NCBI GenBank assembly: GCA_035691665.1
Contig: DASSIS010000064.1
Location: 73 to 64,072 of the forward strand
Direction of reading: 5' to 3'
DNA from: Gammaproteobacteria bacterium
Lineage (GTDB): Bacteria; Pseudomonadota; Gammaproteobacteria; Natronospirales; REEB76
Length of the DNA stretch: 64,000 nucleotides
In this document: piece after piece, positions 37,023-45,632 of the stretch
Layout of the letters: each line of letters opens with the position of its first letter
Numbering within the stretch: position 1 is the first letter of the stretch
Notes under the pieces: model-generated
Told to the model about the DNA's origin: nothing
What the model saw: only the letters and a program-made list of their open reading frames with translations
Database searches by the model: none
Made by a program: the position numbers and the translations under genes

Positions 37023-37050
37023 CGAGCCCCGGCAGGGGCTCGTTTTTTTT
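37023..37050. terminator. Rho-independent terminator shared by convergent genes
   Basis: CGAGCCCCGGCAGGGGCTCG is followed by T8. The T-run abuts the stop of the minus-strand gene at 37049. Confidence 0.8.
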
Positions 37051-38551
37051 ACGGGCTGGCGTCGATGCGCGTGGCGACGTGGTCCCGGCCGTCGTAATGC
37101 AGGTCCACGCCGCTGGCGTCGCCGTCTTTCCCGAGGGAGAAGGAGGCGGTACCGTCGGTGAGCGGGAAGTAGAACTCGGTGGGGGAGAGGGGGATGAGAT
37201 CGCCCTGGTAGCGGCCCGGTAGGGAGGCGCTCAGCAGCCGACCGTCGCGGCTCACGGTCAACACCGCCCCGTCGGCGCTGCGGTACTCACCCACGAGCGG
37301 CGTGAGCTGGGCTTCGCTGAGGCGCAGGGGTTTGCCCTGTACCGGCATATCGTAGGGTTGCCCCTGGGCGATCGCGAGCAGGGCTGTGGTGATGGAGTCC
37401 AGGCGCGCCCGGTCCAGGTTGCAGAGCACGATGAGGGTGCTGCGGCTGCCGGGCAGCTTGATGAAGCTGGAGATGTATCCCGGCAGGTCGCCGTCATGCT
37501 CGTAGCTGAGCACGCCGCCGATGTGGGTGATGAACCAACCGGCACCGTAGCTTCCCCGGCCCGGGGTGTACACCTCCCTCACTTCCGCGGGGGGCACCAG
37601 CTCGCCGCCTTCCATGACGCGGCTCCAACGGTAGAGGTCGTCGACGTCGGTGTAGAGCCAGGCGTCGCCGGCGGGCGGCGTGAACGCGAGCGGCGGTACC
37701 GGCACCAGGGTGCCGTCGTCCAGGGCGAAGCCGCCCAGCAGTTTCTCCCAGTCGATGGGTCCAACGGTATAACCGCGGGCCAGATGCGCCGGACGCTTGT
37801 CCAGGCCCAGCATGCCGGAATGGTCCATGTGCGCGGGCTTGAGGAGCGCCGCGGTCACGTAGTCCCCGAAGGGTTCGTCCGCCGCGCTCTGGATCACCTC
37901 CGCCAGCACGATGTAGCCCGTGTTGCTGTAGCTGAAGCGGCTGCCGGGTACGAAGTCCAGGGGCCGGTGCCTGGCGTCGGCATAGATCCTCGCCGTGGCC
38001 TTGGGGCTGCGCATGAAATCCATGTAATCCGCCGAACCCATGTCGAGCCGCGTCTCGTAATCCGGGATGCCGGAAGTGTGGTGGATGAGTTGGTCGACGG
38101 TGATGGTCTTCCAGGCACGCGGGCAGCCTTTCAGGTACTGGCAGATGGGATCGTCGAGCTTGAGTTTGCCCTGGTCGCGGAGCTTGAAGGCCGCCATGGC
38201 CGTGAACATCTTGGAGAGCGAAGCAGCTTCCTGGCGCGTGGCGGGCGTGTAGGGCACATGCCGCGCCACATCGGCGTAACCGTAACCCTTGCGCAGCAGC
38301 AGCTTGTCGCCCTCGGCGAAGAGCACGGCACCGCTGAAGCCGCCCAGCCGGGTACGCGCCGTGAGATAGGCGTCCATCTCCCGGCTCACGTCGGCGGGAG
38401 CCGGTGCGGCGATGCCGGCGGCCATCCACAGGACGGCGACGGATGCGATGAGATTCGCTACATGCCCGCCGAAGCGCGCGGCGCGGCCATAGGCGCGCGG
38501 GGCGCTCCGCAGCCGCCGACCCTCCTCATCCTGTCCGAGACCCCCGCTCAC
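37049..38551 (-). CDS. Beta-lactamase-family serine hydrolase (class-C/DD-peptidase-like) with C-terminal extension
   Basis: SLSKMF (SxxK) and YSNTGY (YxN). About 500 aa. The N-terminal start is uncertain. Confidence 0.88.
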   Translation of the reverse strand: MSGGLGQDEEGRRLRSAPRAYGRAARFGGHVANLIASVAVLWMAAGIAAPAPADVSREMDAYLTARTRLGGFSGAVLFAEGDKLLLRKGYGYADVARHVPYTPATRQEAASLSKMFTAMAAFKLRDQGKLKLDDPICQYLKGCPRAWKTITVDQLIHHTSGIPDYETRLDMGSADYMDFMRSPKATARIYADARHRPLDFVPGSRFSYSNTGYIVLAEVIQSAADEPFGDYVTAALLKPAHMDHSGMLGLDKRPAHLARGYTVGPIDWEKLLGGFALDDGTLVPVPPLAFTPPAGDAWLYTDVDDLYRWSRVMEGGELVPPAEVREVYTPGRGSYGAGWFITHIGGVLSYEHDGDLPGYISSFIKLPGSRSTLIVLCNLDRARLDSITTALLAIAQGQPYDMPVQGKPLRLSEAQLTPLVGEYRSADGAVLTVSRDGRLLSASLPGRYQGDLIPLSPTEFYFPLTDGTASFSLGKDGDASGVDLHYDGRDHVATRIDASP

Positions 38552-38608
38552 CCCAGAATGGTAGCGCGCGGTGTCCGGGCCGTCTGCCCGGGCGACTTGG
38601 AGGGGAGC

Positions 38609-41600
38609 TCAGTCCCGGTCCTGCTCCCGGCCGAAGGCCGTGTAGTGGGGCGGGTGCGGGGCGTGGAAGGCGCCCTTGTCGCTGAGCTTCACGTCATCGA
38701 AGGCCTTGAGGGCCAGAAGCTCTGCGTCCACCTGGGATGCCAAGGATGCGAACAGCGCTTCCACCGCGGGCGTGGGCCGGCCCCAGTGCCCTTCCCCCGC
38801 GAACACCAGGCTCCCGAGCCGGTCCTGGAGCGAGGCGGGATGGGCCAGGGACTCGCGGTCACCCACATAGTCCGGGGTCACGAGCACGGCGGCAATCCGC
38901 TCCAGGGTCGCGAGCCGGGCGGCGTCTGCCGGGCGCTTGCCGAGCTCGTGGCGCAGGGCGGCGATACGGTCGGCCGCCGCGCCGGTCTCGGCCATCTTGG
39001 CCTGGAGCTTCAGCAGGAAGGCATAGCGCGCCTGAAGGTCCGCCTCGCTCGCCGCCGCGCGCGGATCCTTCTGTACTTCGAACTCGCGGTTCTCCCGGTC
39101 TTTGCCCACGCTCAAGCTGACCCGATAACGGCCCGGCGGCACTTGAGGTCCCGGCACCGCCTGCTCACCCTCGCCCAGGGTGGCGGCGCACAGATCCCAG
39201 ACGAAGAGGTTCATGCCCGCGTCCGCTCCTATCGCGGGCGGAGCGTTGCCGGTATCCGCGTCGGCATCGGGTCTTGCGTCCTGGTCCGCCGTTTTCGCCT
39301 TCACGGTGGTGGTGAACGAGGCGATCGCCTTGCCTTGGGCATCGGTGATGCTCAAGGCAAGGACCGTGCCCTGGGCCGGGGCCTGCTTGAGTTCATAGAA
39401 GATGCTGGCGCCGTTGGCCGGGTTCACGCCGGCATCGTACTTCCCGGCATCCGGATCCTGCTGGCTGGCGGTGAGCCAGGCGGTCTGGGGCGTGAAGAGG
39501 TGCAGCGGCGCGGCGAGCGCCTGGGGCGTGAGTTCCCGTAGCGGCTGGATGTTGTCCAGCACCCAGAAGGCACGGCCGTGGGTCGCGACCGCGAGCGCGT
39601 CCTGCTGCGGCACCACGGCGAGGTCGTGGATCGCCACGTGCGGCAGGTTGAGCTGCAGCGGCTGCCAGTGTCCGCCAGCGTCGACGGAGTAGTACACGCC
39701 GGTGAGCGTGCCGGCGAAGAGCAGCTCGGGGTCGCGGCTGTCTTCCCGGATGACGAGGCTGGAACCGTCCGCGGGCAGTCCCGCGACGATCTTGCGCCAG
39801 TGGGCGCCGTAGTCGGCGGTGGCGTATAGGTAGGGGGCGAAGTCGTCACGCCGGTAGTCCTGGACCGCGAGGTAGGCGCTGCCGGGTGCGAAGCGCGAGG
39901 CCTCGATGATGTTCACCGTGCTCCAGGCGGGGAGGTCCGGCGGCGTCACCTCGCGCCAGCGGCCGCCGGCGTCACGGGTGACCCACACGCGGCCATCGTC
40001 GGTGCCGGCCCAGAGCAGTTGCCGGTCGAGGCGCGAGTCGGCGAGGGCGAACACCGTGTCGTAGTACTCCACCGAGGTGATGTCCTTGTGGAGGGGTCCA
40101 CCCGAGGGCTGCTGCTTGCTCTTGTCGTCGCGGGTGAGGTCGGGGCTGATCTCGCGCCAGCTGCGGCCCGCGTCGTCGCTCTGCATCACGTACTGGGAGC
40201 CGATGTAGAGGGTGTCCGGCGCTTCCGGCGGGATCAGCAGCGGGAAGGTCCATTGGAAGCGGTACTTCAGGCCCGCGGCGGCGGTGCCGGTGGAGTCCTC
40301 GGGCCAGGCGCCGAGGAAGTCGCGCTGCTCGAGCCGTCGGTCGGTGCGCTCCAGCATCCCGGCATAGCCGCCGCTGCTGTAGGTGATCCAGGGTTTGCCG
40401 GGCACGGGCACGCTGTAACCGCTCTCCCATTGGGCCACTTCCTGCCAGTCGTGCACGTCGATCCCGCCGCCGGCGCCGTTGTCGGCGCTCGCGATCTCCA
40501 GGGTGGAGCGGTCCTGCTGCGGACCGTAGAGATGGAACGGGAACTGGTCATCCACGTTCACGTGGTAGAACTGGCCCGTGGGCTGGTTGTCCTGGCTGGA
40601 CCAGGATTTGCCTCCGTCGAGCGTCACGGTGGCGCCGCCATCGTTGGCGAGGATCATGGTCGCGGGGTCCTCAGGATCGATCCACAGCACATGGTTGTCC
40701 CCGCCCTGGGCCTGCAGGCTCTTGAACGTGGCGCCGCCGTCGTTGGAGGTCATGAGTCCGTCCGGCTGCGGCGCGTAGAGCCGGTCTGCGTCCTTGGGGT
40801 CGGCGTATATGCGGCCGAAGTACCAGGCGCGTTGGTCGAGGTCGCCCTTGTGGTAGAGCTCGCGCCAGTGGGCGCCGGCGTCGTCGGAGCGGTAGAGACC
40901 CGTCGCGCCCGCTTCCACGAGGGCGTAGATCCTTCCCGGCGCCGCCCCCGAGAGGGCGAGGCCGATGCGGCCGAAGGGCCTGGCCGGTAGGCCCGGATTC
41001 CGGCTCAAGTCGGTCCAGTGGGCGCCGCCGTCGGTGGTCTTGTAGATCGCGCTGCCAGGGCCGCCGTTCTCGAGGTCCCAGGGCGAGCGGGTGACCTGCC
41101 ACAGGGCCGCATACAAGACCTTGGAATCATGGGGGTCCATCACCAGATCCGCGGCGCCGGTGCCCGCGTCGGTGAACAGGATGCGCGCCCAATGGGTGCC
41201 GCCATCGCGGCTCTCGTAGATGCCGCGCTCCGGGTTCGATCCGAACACGTGGCCGAGCGCCGCCACGTAGAGATGCTGCGCATCCTGCGGATCCACCACG
41301 ATGCGCGTGATCACATGGGTGGCCTCGAGGCCCGCGTGGCTCCAGGTCTTGCCGGCGTCGCGGCTCTTCCACAACCCGTCGCCGGTGACCATGTCGCCCC
41401 GGGGGAAACCCTCGCCGGTGCCGGCGTAGACGGTGGCGTGGTCCGAAGCTGCCACCGTCAGGGCGCCGATGGCACCCGTGTCCAGGCAGCAGTCCGAGAC
41501 GTTGTTCCAGCTATGGCCCGCGTCGGTGCTCTTCCATACGCCGCCGTCGGCGCCGCCGAAGTAGAAAGTGTGTCCGTCGCCGGGCACGCCGGTCACCGCC

Positions 41601-41746
41601 ACCGAGCGTCCGCCCCGGTAAGGGCCCACGAGGCGCCATTGGAGCGCCTGCAGTGCCGGGTCCGGTGGCGGCAAGCTATCCGCGCCGAAGGCTGGCGCCA
41701 GCGAGAGGGCGAAGCAGCATGCACAGAGGAGGCGAAGCAGGCTCAC
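38609..41746 (-). CDS. Secreted sortilin/VPS10-like BNR (Asp-box) repeat protein
   Basis: About 11 Asp-boxes, including STDAGHSW, SRDAGKTW, SRDGGTHW, TTDGGAHW and SDDAGRSW. GTG start at 41746 after GGGAG gives signal peptide VSLLRLLCACCFALSLAPAFG. The ORF track opens at 41815. Confidence 0.9.
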   Translation of the reverse strand: MSLLRLLCACCFALSLAPAFGADSLPPPDPALQALQWRLVGPYRGGRSVAVTGVPGDGHTFYFGGADGGVWKSTDAGHSWNNVSDCCLDTGAIGALTVAASDHATVYAGTGEGFPRGDMVTGDGLWKSRDAGKTWSHAGLEATHVITRIVVDPQDAQHLYVAALGHVFGSNPERGIYESRDGGTHWARILFTDAGTGAADLVMDPHDSKVLYAALWQVTRSPWDLENGGPGSAIYKTTDGGAHWTDLSRNPGLPARPFGRIGLALSGAAPGRIYALVEAGATGLYRSDDAGAHWRELYHKGDLDQRAWYFGRIYADPKDADRLYAPQPDGLMTSNDGGATFKSLQAQGGDNHVLWIDPEDPATMILANDGGATVTLDGGKSWSSQDNQPTGQFYHVNVDDQFPFHLYGPQQDRSTLEIASADNGAGGGIDVHDWQEVAQWESGYSVPVPGKPWITYSSGGYAGMLERTDRRLEQRDFLGAWPEDSTGTAAAGLKYRFQWTFPLLIPPEAPDTLYIGSQYVMQSDDAGRSWREISPDLTRDDKSKQQPSGGPLHKDITSVEYYDTVFALADSRLDRQLLWAGTDDGRVWVTRDAGGRWREVTPPDLPAWSTVNIIEASRFAPGSAYLAVQDYRRDDFAPYLYATADYGAHWRKIVAGLPADGSSLVIREDSRDPELLFAGTLTGVYYSVDAGGHWQPLQLNLPHVAIHDLAVVPQQDALAVATHGRAFWVLDNIQPLRELTPQALAAPLHLFTPQTAWLTASQQDPDAGKYDAGVNPANGASIFYELKQAPAQGTVLALSITDAQGKAIASFTTTVKAKTADQDARPDADADTGNAPPAIGADAGMNLFVWDLCAATLGEGEQAVPGPQVPPGRYRVSLSVGKDRENREFEVQKDPRAAASEADLQARYAFLLKLQAKMAETGAAADRIAALRHELGKRPADAARLATLERIAAVLVTPDYVGDRESLAHPASLQDRLGSLVFAGEGHWGRPTPAVEALFASLASQVDAELLALKAFDDVKLSDKGAFHAPHPPHYTAFGREQDRD

Positions 41747-41774
41747 GGAGGCTCCCAGACCCGGGCGGGCGGTG

Positions 41775-41794
41775 ACTACTATTTTTATAGTAGT
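41775..41794. other. AT-rich perfect hairpin ACTACTAT-TTTT-ATAGTAGT between two minus-strand genes
   Basis: 8-bp arms. Lies between the stop of 41828..42244 and the BNR gene start. Could be a terminator, attenuator or operator. Confidence 0.4.
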
Positions 41795-41827
41795 AAAGCT
41801 TGGGCGCCAGTGCAATCGGGGCGGAAC

Positions 41828-42244
41828 TCAGGCGGCCCGGGGGGAACCCTCGGGCAAGAGGAAGCTCGCCTTGGCGGCCGGGCTGAAGGCGAGGCCGGCG
41901 GGGTAGTAGCGCTCCAGGAGCGCCTGGGGATAGCCGAAGAGTTCCGGGTGGGTGGCGCGGAAATCCTCCCAGCCGTGATCCGGATCCATGCCCTGCATGG
42001 CCTCGGCGATGAGCAGCATGTAGAAGCAGGTGATGGTCTCGTTGTAGAGGCCCGTGGCGCCATGGTGGGCCGCGAAGGCCTTGAGCAGGCGGCGGAAGCG
42101 CAGCAGCGCCGGCAGGAGCGGCGCCTCGGCCAACAGCAGCCAGGCGAGGTGTACATGGTCCGCGTGCCGGAATCCCTCCTTGTGGGTCTCGCAGGCGGTG
42201 AAGCGCGCGAGGAACGCCCGGTCTTCGCCCGAGATGCGCATCAC
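41828..42244 (-). CDS. Conserved hypothetical all-helical protein (His-rich motif FRHADHVHLAW), second gene of a two-gene cassette
   Basis: 138 aa. The ATG overlaps the upstream gene stop as ATGA. Coding-like composition. No family recognised. Confidence 0.65.
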   Translation of the reverse strand: MMRISGEDRAFLARFTACETHKEGFRHADHVHLAWLLLAEAPLLPALLRFRRLLKAFAAHHGATGLYNETITCFYMLLIAEAMQGMDPDHGWEDFRATHPELFGYPQALLERYYPAGLAFSPAAKASFLLPEGSPRAA

Positions 42245-42492
42245 TTCTCCTTCAGCTGATGGCTGTGCTCGGCGTCCAGGTCGAGGCCGTAGAGTTCCTT
42301 GAACTTGCCGATCTTCGCGATGGACGCACGGGAGAAGGGGGCCTTGCCCTCGAAGGCATGGAGCACGATGCCTTCCAGCAGGTCACCGAGGGTCAGGTCG
42401 TGGTCTTCGGCCACGGCCTTCAGCACTTTAAGCAGACGTTTCTCGAGACGGATGCCGGTCTGCACCCGTTCGATCTGCAGGGAGGGTTTCAT
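42241..42492 (-). CDS. Small ribbon-helix-helix-like protein, putative DNA-binding autoregulator
   Basis: 83 aa. TGIRLEKRLLKVLKAVAEDHDLTLGDLLEGIVLHAF fits a strand-helix-helix pattern. A perfect palindrome lies 19 nt upstream of its ATG. Confidence 0.6.
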   Translation of the reverse strand: MKPSLQIERVQTGIRLEKRLLKVLKAVAEDHDLTLGDLLEGIVLHAFEGKAPFSRASIAKIGKFKELYGLDLDAEHSHQLKEK

Positions 42493-42510
42493 GGGCGGGT
42501 TCCATTTTGG

Positions 42511-42536
42511 TATAAATGTATTTTAATACATTTATA
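42511..42536. promoter_or_regulatory. Perfect 12-2-12 inverted repeat TATAAATGTATT-TT-AATACATTTATA; candidate operator/promoter of the RHH cassette
   Basis: A 26-bp AT-rich palindrome in GC-rich DNA, 19..44 nt upstream of the 42492 start. Contains -10-like TATAAA/TAATAT hexamers. Confidence 0.55.
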
Positions 42537-42743
42537 TTACCCGCGGCAAGCCGGCCGGCGGCCACGACGCCCGGGCTTTCCGCGAGGGGCGGCAAAAAGG
42601 GTCGCTAGCCTTATGTATAGTCGTGGCCCCCTGCCGGCTTGGGGTATATTCCATAATGTAAGGGGATCGAGTTCACATGTGTCAGGTACTTTTTATGGCA
42701 AAATCCCCGCTCCCCCCAGATCAGTGATCATCCACGTGCAGCG

Positions 42744-43097
42744 ATGAACCGTATGGCAACAGACCACGACGAACGCCGCAAACATCCGCGTCTGCGCCGT
42801 GAAGAACGGGCCGTCATCCGCCAGCTCAACATCAGCGGCGAGGATGTGACGGTGTCCAAGTACTACTGCACCACCATCGACATCTCTCCCGGCGGCCTGC
42901 AGATCCAGACTAAGAAACCCTTCCCCCTGGGCGAGCAGGTGGAGATCAGCATCAACCTCGAAGGCCAGAACGGCGCCTTCAACCTCTCCGGCGTGACCCG
43001 CTGGATCGCGCCCTCCAAGGGCGAGCCGGGCTACGTGCTCGGCATCGAACTCATCACCAACAACAGCATCTCCGGCTGGAAGCGGATGTTCCACTGA
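42744..43097 (+). CDS. Stand-alone PilZ-domain (c-di-GMP-binding) protein
   Basis: RRKHPRLRREER (RxxxR) and DISPGGLQI (D/NxSxxG) with the expected spacing. 117 aa. Confidence 0.85.
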   Translation: MNRMATDHDERRKHPRLRREERAVIRQLNISGEDVTVSKYYCTTIDISPGGLQIQTKKPFPLGEQVEISINLEGQNGAFNLSGVTRWIAPSKGEPGYVLGIELITNNSISGWKRMFH

Positions 43098-43175
43098 GCA
43101 TCCGGCGGCGGCTCACGCCGCAGCGTCCCGCTATAATCGCCCCGGTCGAATCCAACCATAACCGGGGGAGGTCCC

Positions 43176-43583
43176 ATGAAGTTCTTGGCGGATGACGGCG
43201 GCAAACTGGTGCTGCGCCTGCTCGTGGGCGGGCTCCTGATACTGCACGGCTTCCACAAGCTGGTGCACGGCCCGGGCGAGGTCTCAGGGATGCTCGCCGC
43301 CCACGGCGTGCCCGGCGTCTTCGGCTACGCCGTATACCTCGGCGAGGTGGTGGGGCCGGCCCTGGTGCTGTTGGGCGTCTACGCGCGCATCGGGGGCCTC
43401 TTGATCCTCGCCAACATGGTGGTGGCGGTGCTCGCGACCCGCGGTCTCAACCTCTTCCACCTCAACGAGTTCGGGGGCCTCGGCATCGAGCTCGAGACCT
43501 TCTTCGGCATCGGCGGCCTGTGCATCGCCATGCTGGGTGCCGGGGCCTATAGCGCCGGGGGCACTAGCGGCAAGTGGAATTGA
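43176..43583 (+). CDS. DoxX-family membrane protein
   Basis: 135 aa with four helices. LLRLLVGGLLILHGFHKL is the typical DoxX N-terminus. Confidence 0.85.
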   Translation: MKFLADDGGKLVLRLLVGGLLILHGFHKLVHGPGEVSGMLAAHGVPGVFGYAVYLGEVVGPALVLLGVYARIGGLLILANMVVAVLATRGLNLFHLNEFGGLGIELETFFGIGGLCIAMLGAGAYSAGGTSGKWN

Positions 43584-43610
43584 AGACGGCTGCCTGAAGG
43601 ACTCAAGACG

Positions 43611-43638
43611 AGGACGCCCGGGCTATCCCGGGCGTCCT
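43611..43638. terminator. Perfect 12-bp-stem hairpin between convergent genes (probable bidirectional terminator)
   Basis: AGGACGCCCGGG-CTAT-CCCGGGCGTCCT. No strong U-tract, hence moderate confidence. Confidence 0.55.
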
Positions 43639-43657
43639 GCTCTACGCGGCTGGGTTT

Positions 43658-45088
43658 CTAACGCACGCCCACGTCGCCGCGCACGCTGTCGATGAGCTTG
43701 GCGCTGTCGTAAGCCACTCCATCCTTGAACACGTACTGGACCTTGTGCAGGTCACGCGGGTCCTTGGACGGATCCCCGTCGATGACGATCAGATCGGCGC
43801 GCTTGCCGGCGGCGATGCTGCCGCAGTCCTTGTCTATGCCGAGGAAGCGGGCGCCGTTCAAGGTCGAGACCTGGATGGCCTGGGGCAGCGTAAGGCCCGC
43901 TTCCACCAGCAATTCCACTTCGCGGGCGTTGGAGTAGCCCGGCACCACGCCGCCATTGCCGGTCGGGTCGATGCCGTCCACCAGGAGGCCGCCGGCGTCG
44001 AAGTACGCTTTCTCGAAAGCCATACCGTGTTTGAAGGCCTGTACCGCATCCTGGGAATTCGCCTGGGCGGTACGGGCGTAAGCCCGGAGATAGTTGCTGC
44101 GGGCCTGCAGGGACATCAAGTCCAGCACCGCGTCCGGCAGCACGGGGCGCCCCGGAGTGGAGGCCTCGAACACCGGCAGGGTGGAGGTGAGCGCCACGTG
44201 GTGCTGCAGCAGGACGTGCAGCAGCGCCTGGGCTTGGGGTCCCGCCGGATCCAGCTCCGACAGGGATTTCTGCACCGCGGCGTAGGGCGGGCACTGGTCG
44301 GGCTTCTTGTCCGCCACGAAGTCGGTGGCCACGAAGATGCCGTGCTCCAGGTCGTCGATGCCGAGTTCCGCCGCTTCCTTGTAAGTCACTGAGCACAGGT
44401 GGCCCGTGACCCGCGCGCCGTGCTTATGGGCGTAGTCGATCACTGCACCCAGGGTCTTCCTCGGGATGGTGGTGTAGGTCTTGAAGTCCCGGGCGCCCAG
44501 CGCGATCCAGTGGCGCACGATCTCCACCGCCACCGCCGGATCGCCGGAATCCGGCACCTGCATGATGGGGAAGTCGGGGCCCGCGCCCGTGAGATAGGGC
44601 CCCACGAAGTAGATCCGCGGGCCCAGCGCACGACCGGAATCTATCCATTGTTTGATGCCGAGATCGGCGTAGGGGTTGATGCTGCCGCCGGTGCGCATCG
44701 TGGTGACGCCACCCGCGAGATACAGGCGCGGGAAGCTGTAGGGCATGTTGGCGTAGGTGAGGGCCCCGGTGGGATAGAAGAGGTGCTCGTGCAGCATCAC
44801 GTAGCCCGGCAGCACCGTCTTGCCGGCCAGCGGCACCTGCTGTGTGCCGGCAGGGAGAGCTACGCTGCCATCGGGCCCCAGCGCCGCGATGCGGCCGTCC
44901 TTGATGAGCAGCGTCATGCCGCGACGGGGGTCGGTGCCGGTGCCGTCGATGAGCGTGGCGCCGGTGAGCGCCAGCACCGGCGCCTGGTAGGCCACGAAGG
45001 GGTCGGGGGCGGTCCCCGGCGGCAGGTAGGAAGCGGCGCCGGCGGCGCCGGTGAACAGCAGGGCTAGCAGCGTGGGGTAGAGGCGCAT
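43658..45088 (-). CDS. Secreted amidohydrolase-superfamily metallohydrolase (second one in the window)
   Basis: Signal peptide MRLYPTLLALLFTGAAGA, then PGYVMLHEHLF (HxH), ...VTGHLCS..., DDLEHG. 476 aa. Confidence 0.9.
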   Translation of the reverse strand: MRLYPTLLALLFTGAAGAASYLPPGTAPDPFVAYQAPVLALTGATLIDGTGTDPRRGMTLLIKDGRIAALGPDGSVALPAGTQQVPLAGKTVLPGYVMLHEHLFYPTGALTYANMPYSFPRLYLAGGVTTMRTGGSINPYADLGIKQWIDSGRALGPRIYFVGPYLTGAGPDFPIMQVPDSGDPAVAVEIVRHWIALGARDFKTYTTIPRKTLGAVIDYAHKHGARVTGHLCSVTYKEAAELGIDDLEHGIFVATDFVADKKPDQCPPYAAVQKSLSELDPAGPQAQALLHVLLQHHVALTSTLPVFEASTPGRPVLPDAVLDLMSLQARSNYLRAYARTAQANSQDAVQAFKHGMAFEKAYFDAGGLLVDGIDPTGNGGVVPGYSNAREVELLVEAGLTLPQAIQVSTLNGARFLGIDKDCGSIAAGKRADLIVIDGDPSKDPRDLHKVQYVFKDGVAYDSAKLIDSVRGDVGVR

Positions 45089-45142
45089 GGCGGTCTCCTG
45101 GGCGGGCGGACCGTCAGGGACTTTAGCAGAACCGGCCTGGGC

Positions 45143-45421
45143 TCAGCGCCGGCCGGTGTCCGGCTGCCAGTCGGCGGAGCGGTGTTCGTAGCGGATGAAG
45201 GGGCCGCAAGGGAAGTCGAGGCTGGCGGCCGCCCGCTTGTACTCGATCAGGGTGCCCTTGTGCCCCTTGGGGCAGCTCACGAAGTCCTCGTCCTTGAGCC
45301 GGTAGAACACCCGCGCCGGTACATCCACCCGGCAGGGTGGGGTGCACAGATGGCAGTAGACCGCGGCATCGTGGAGCATGATGCGGTGTTGGAGGCGCCT
45401 GTCGTGTCCCATCTGCAGCAT
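45143..45421 (-). CDS. Possible small Cys/His-containing protein (weak call)
   Basis: Internal start MLQMGHDRR... of ORF 45143..45649. Contains CHLC...CPKGH. Reality and start are both uncertain. Confidence 0.35.
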   Translation of the reverse strand: MLQMGHDRRLQHRIMLHDAAVYCHLCTPPCRVDVPARVFYRLKDEDFVSCPKGHKGTLIEYKRAAASLDFPCGPFIRYEHRSADWQPDTGRR

Positions 45422-45632
45422 CCGGTGTTCTTCTGGTTCAGATGATGGGGTGAGTCTATTGTCCGGCCCGCTCTGGGGAAGTCGGACGACGCCTACACGT
45501 GCTGTAAGCAGGTGCGTACGGGGCAGGCGAGGATCTGTCGGCTTTGCGACCGGATTTGCTTGGGTTTGCCCGAGGAGTATTCTTTTCCCAAGGGGTGCCG
45601 GACCGGCACCCTTTTTGCCGGCGGAGGTGGGT

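Noticed and set aside
37358-39541. 727-aa plus-strand ORF, with related long ORFs at 40019..40990 and 41018..42259
   Set aside because: They are antisense to the beta-lactamase-family and BNR genes. There are no recognisable domains, and the composition shows the usual GC-rich shadow-frame bias.
41828-42492. Calling the RHH-like cassette a bona fide toxin-antitoxin system
   Set aside because: Only the architecture is TA-like. The 138-aa partner shows no PIN, RelE, MazF, Fic, GNAT or other recognisable toxin motif. I report it as an uncharacterised cassette, not as a TA system.
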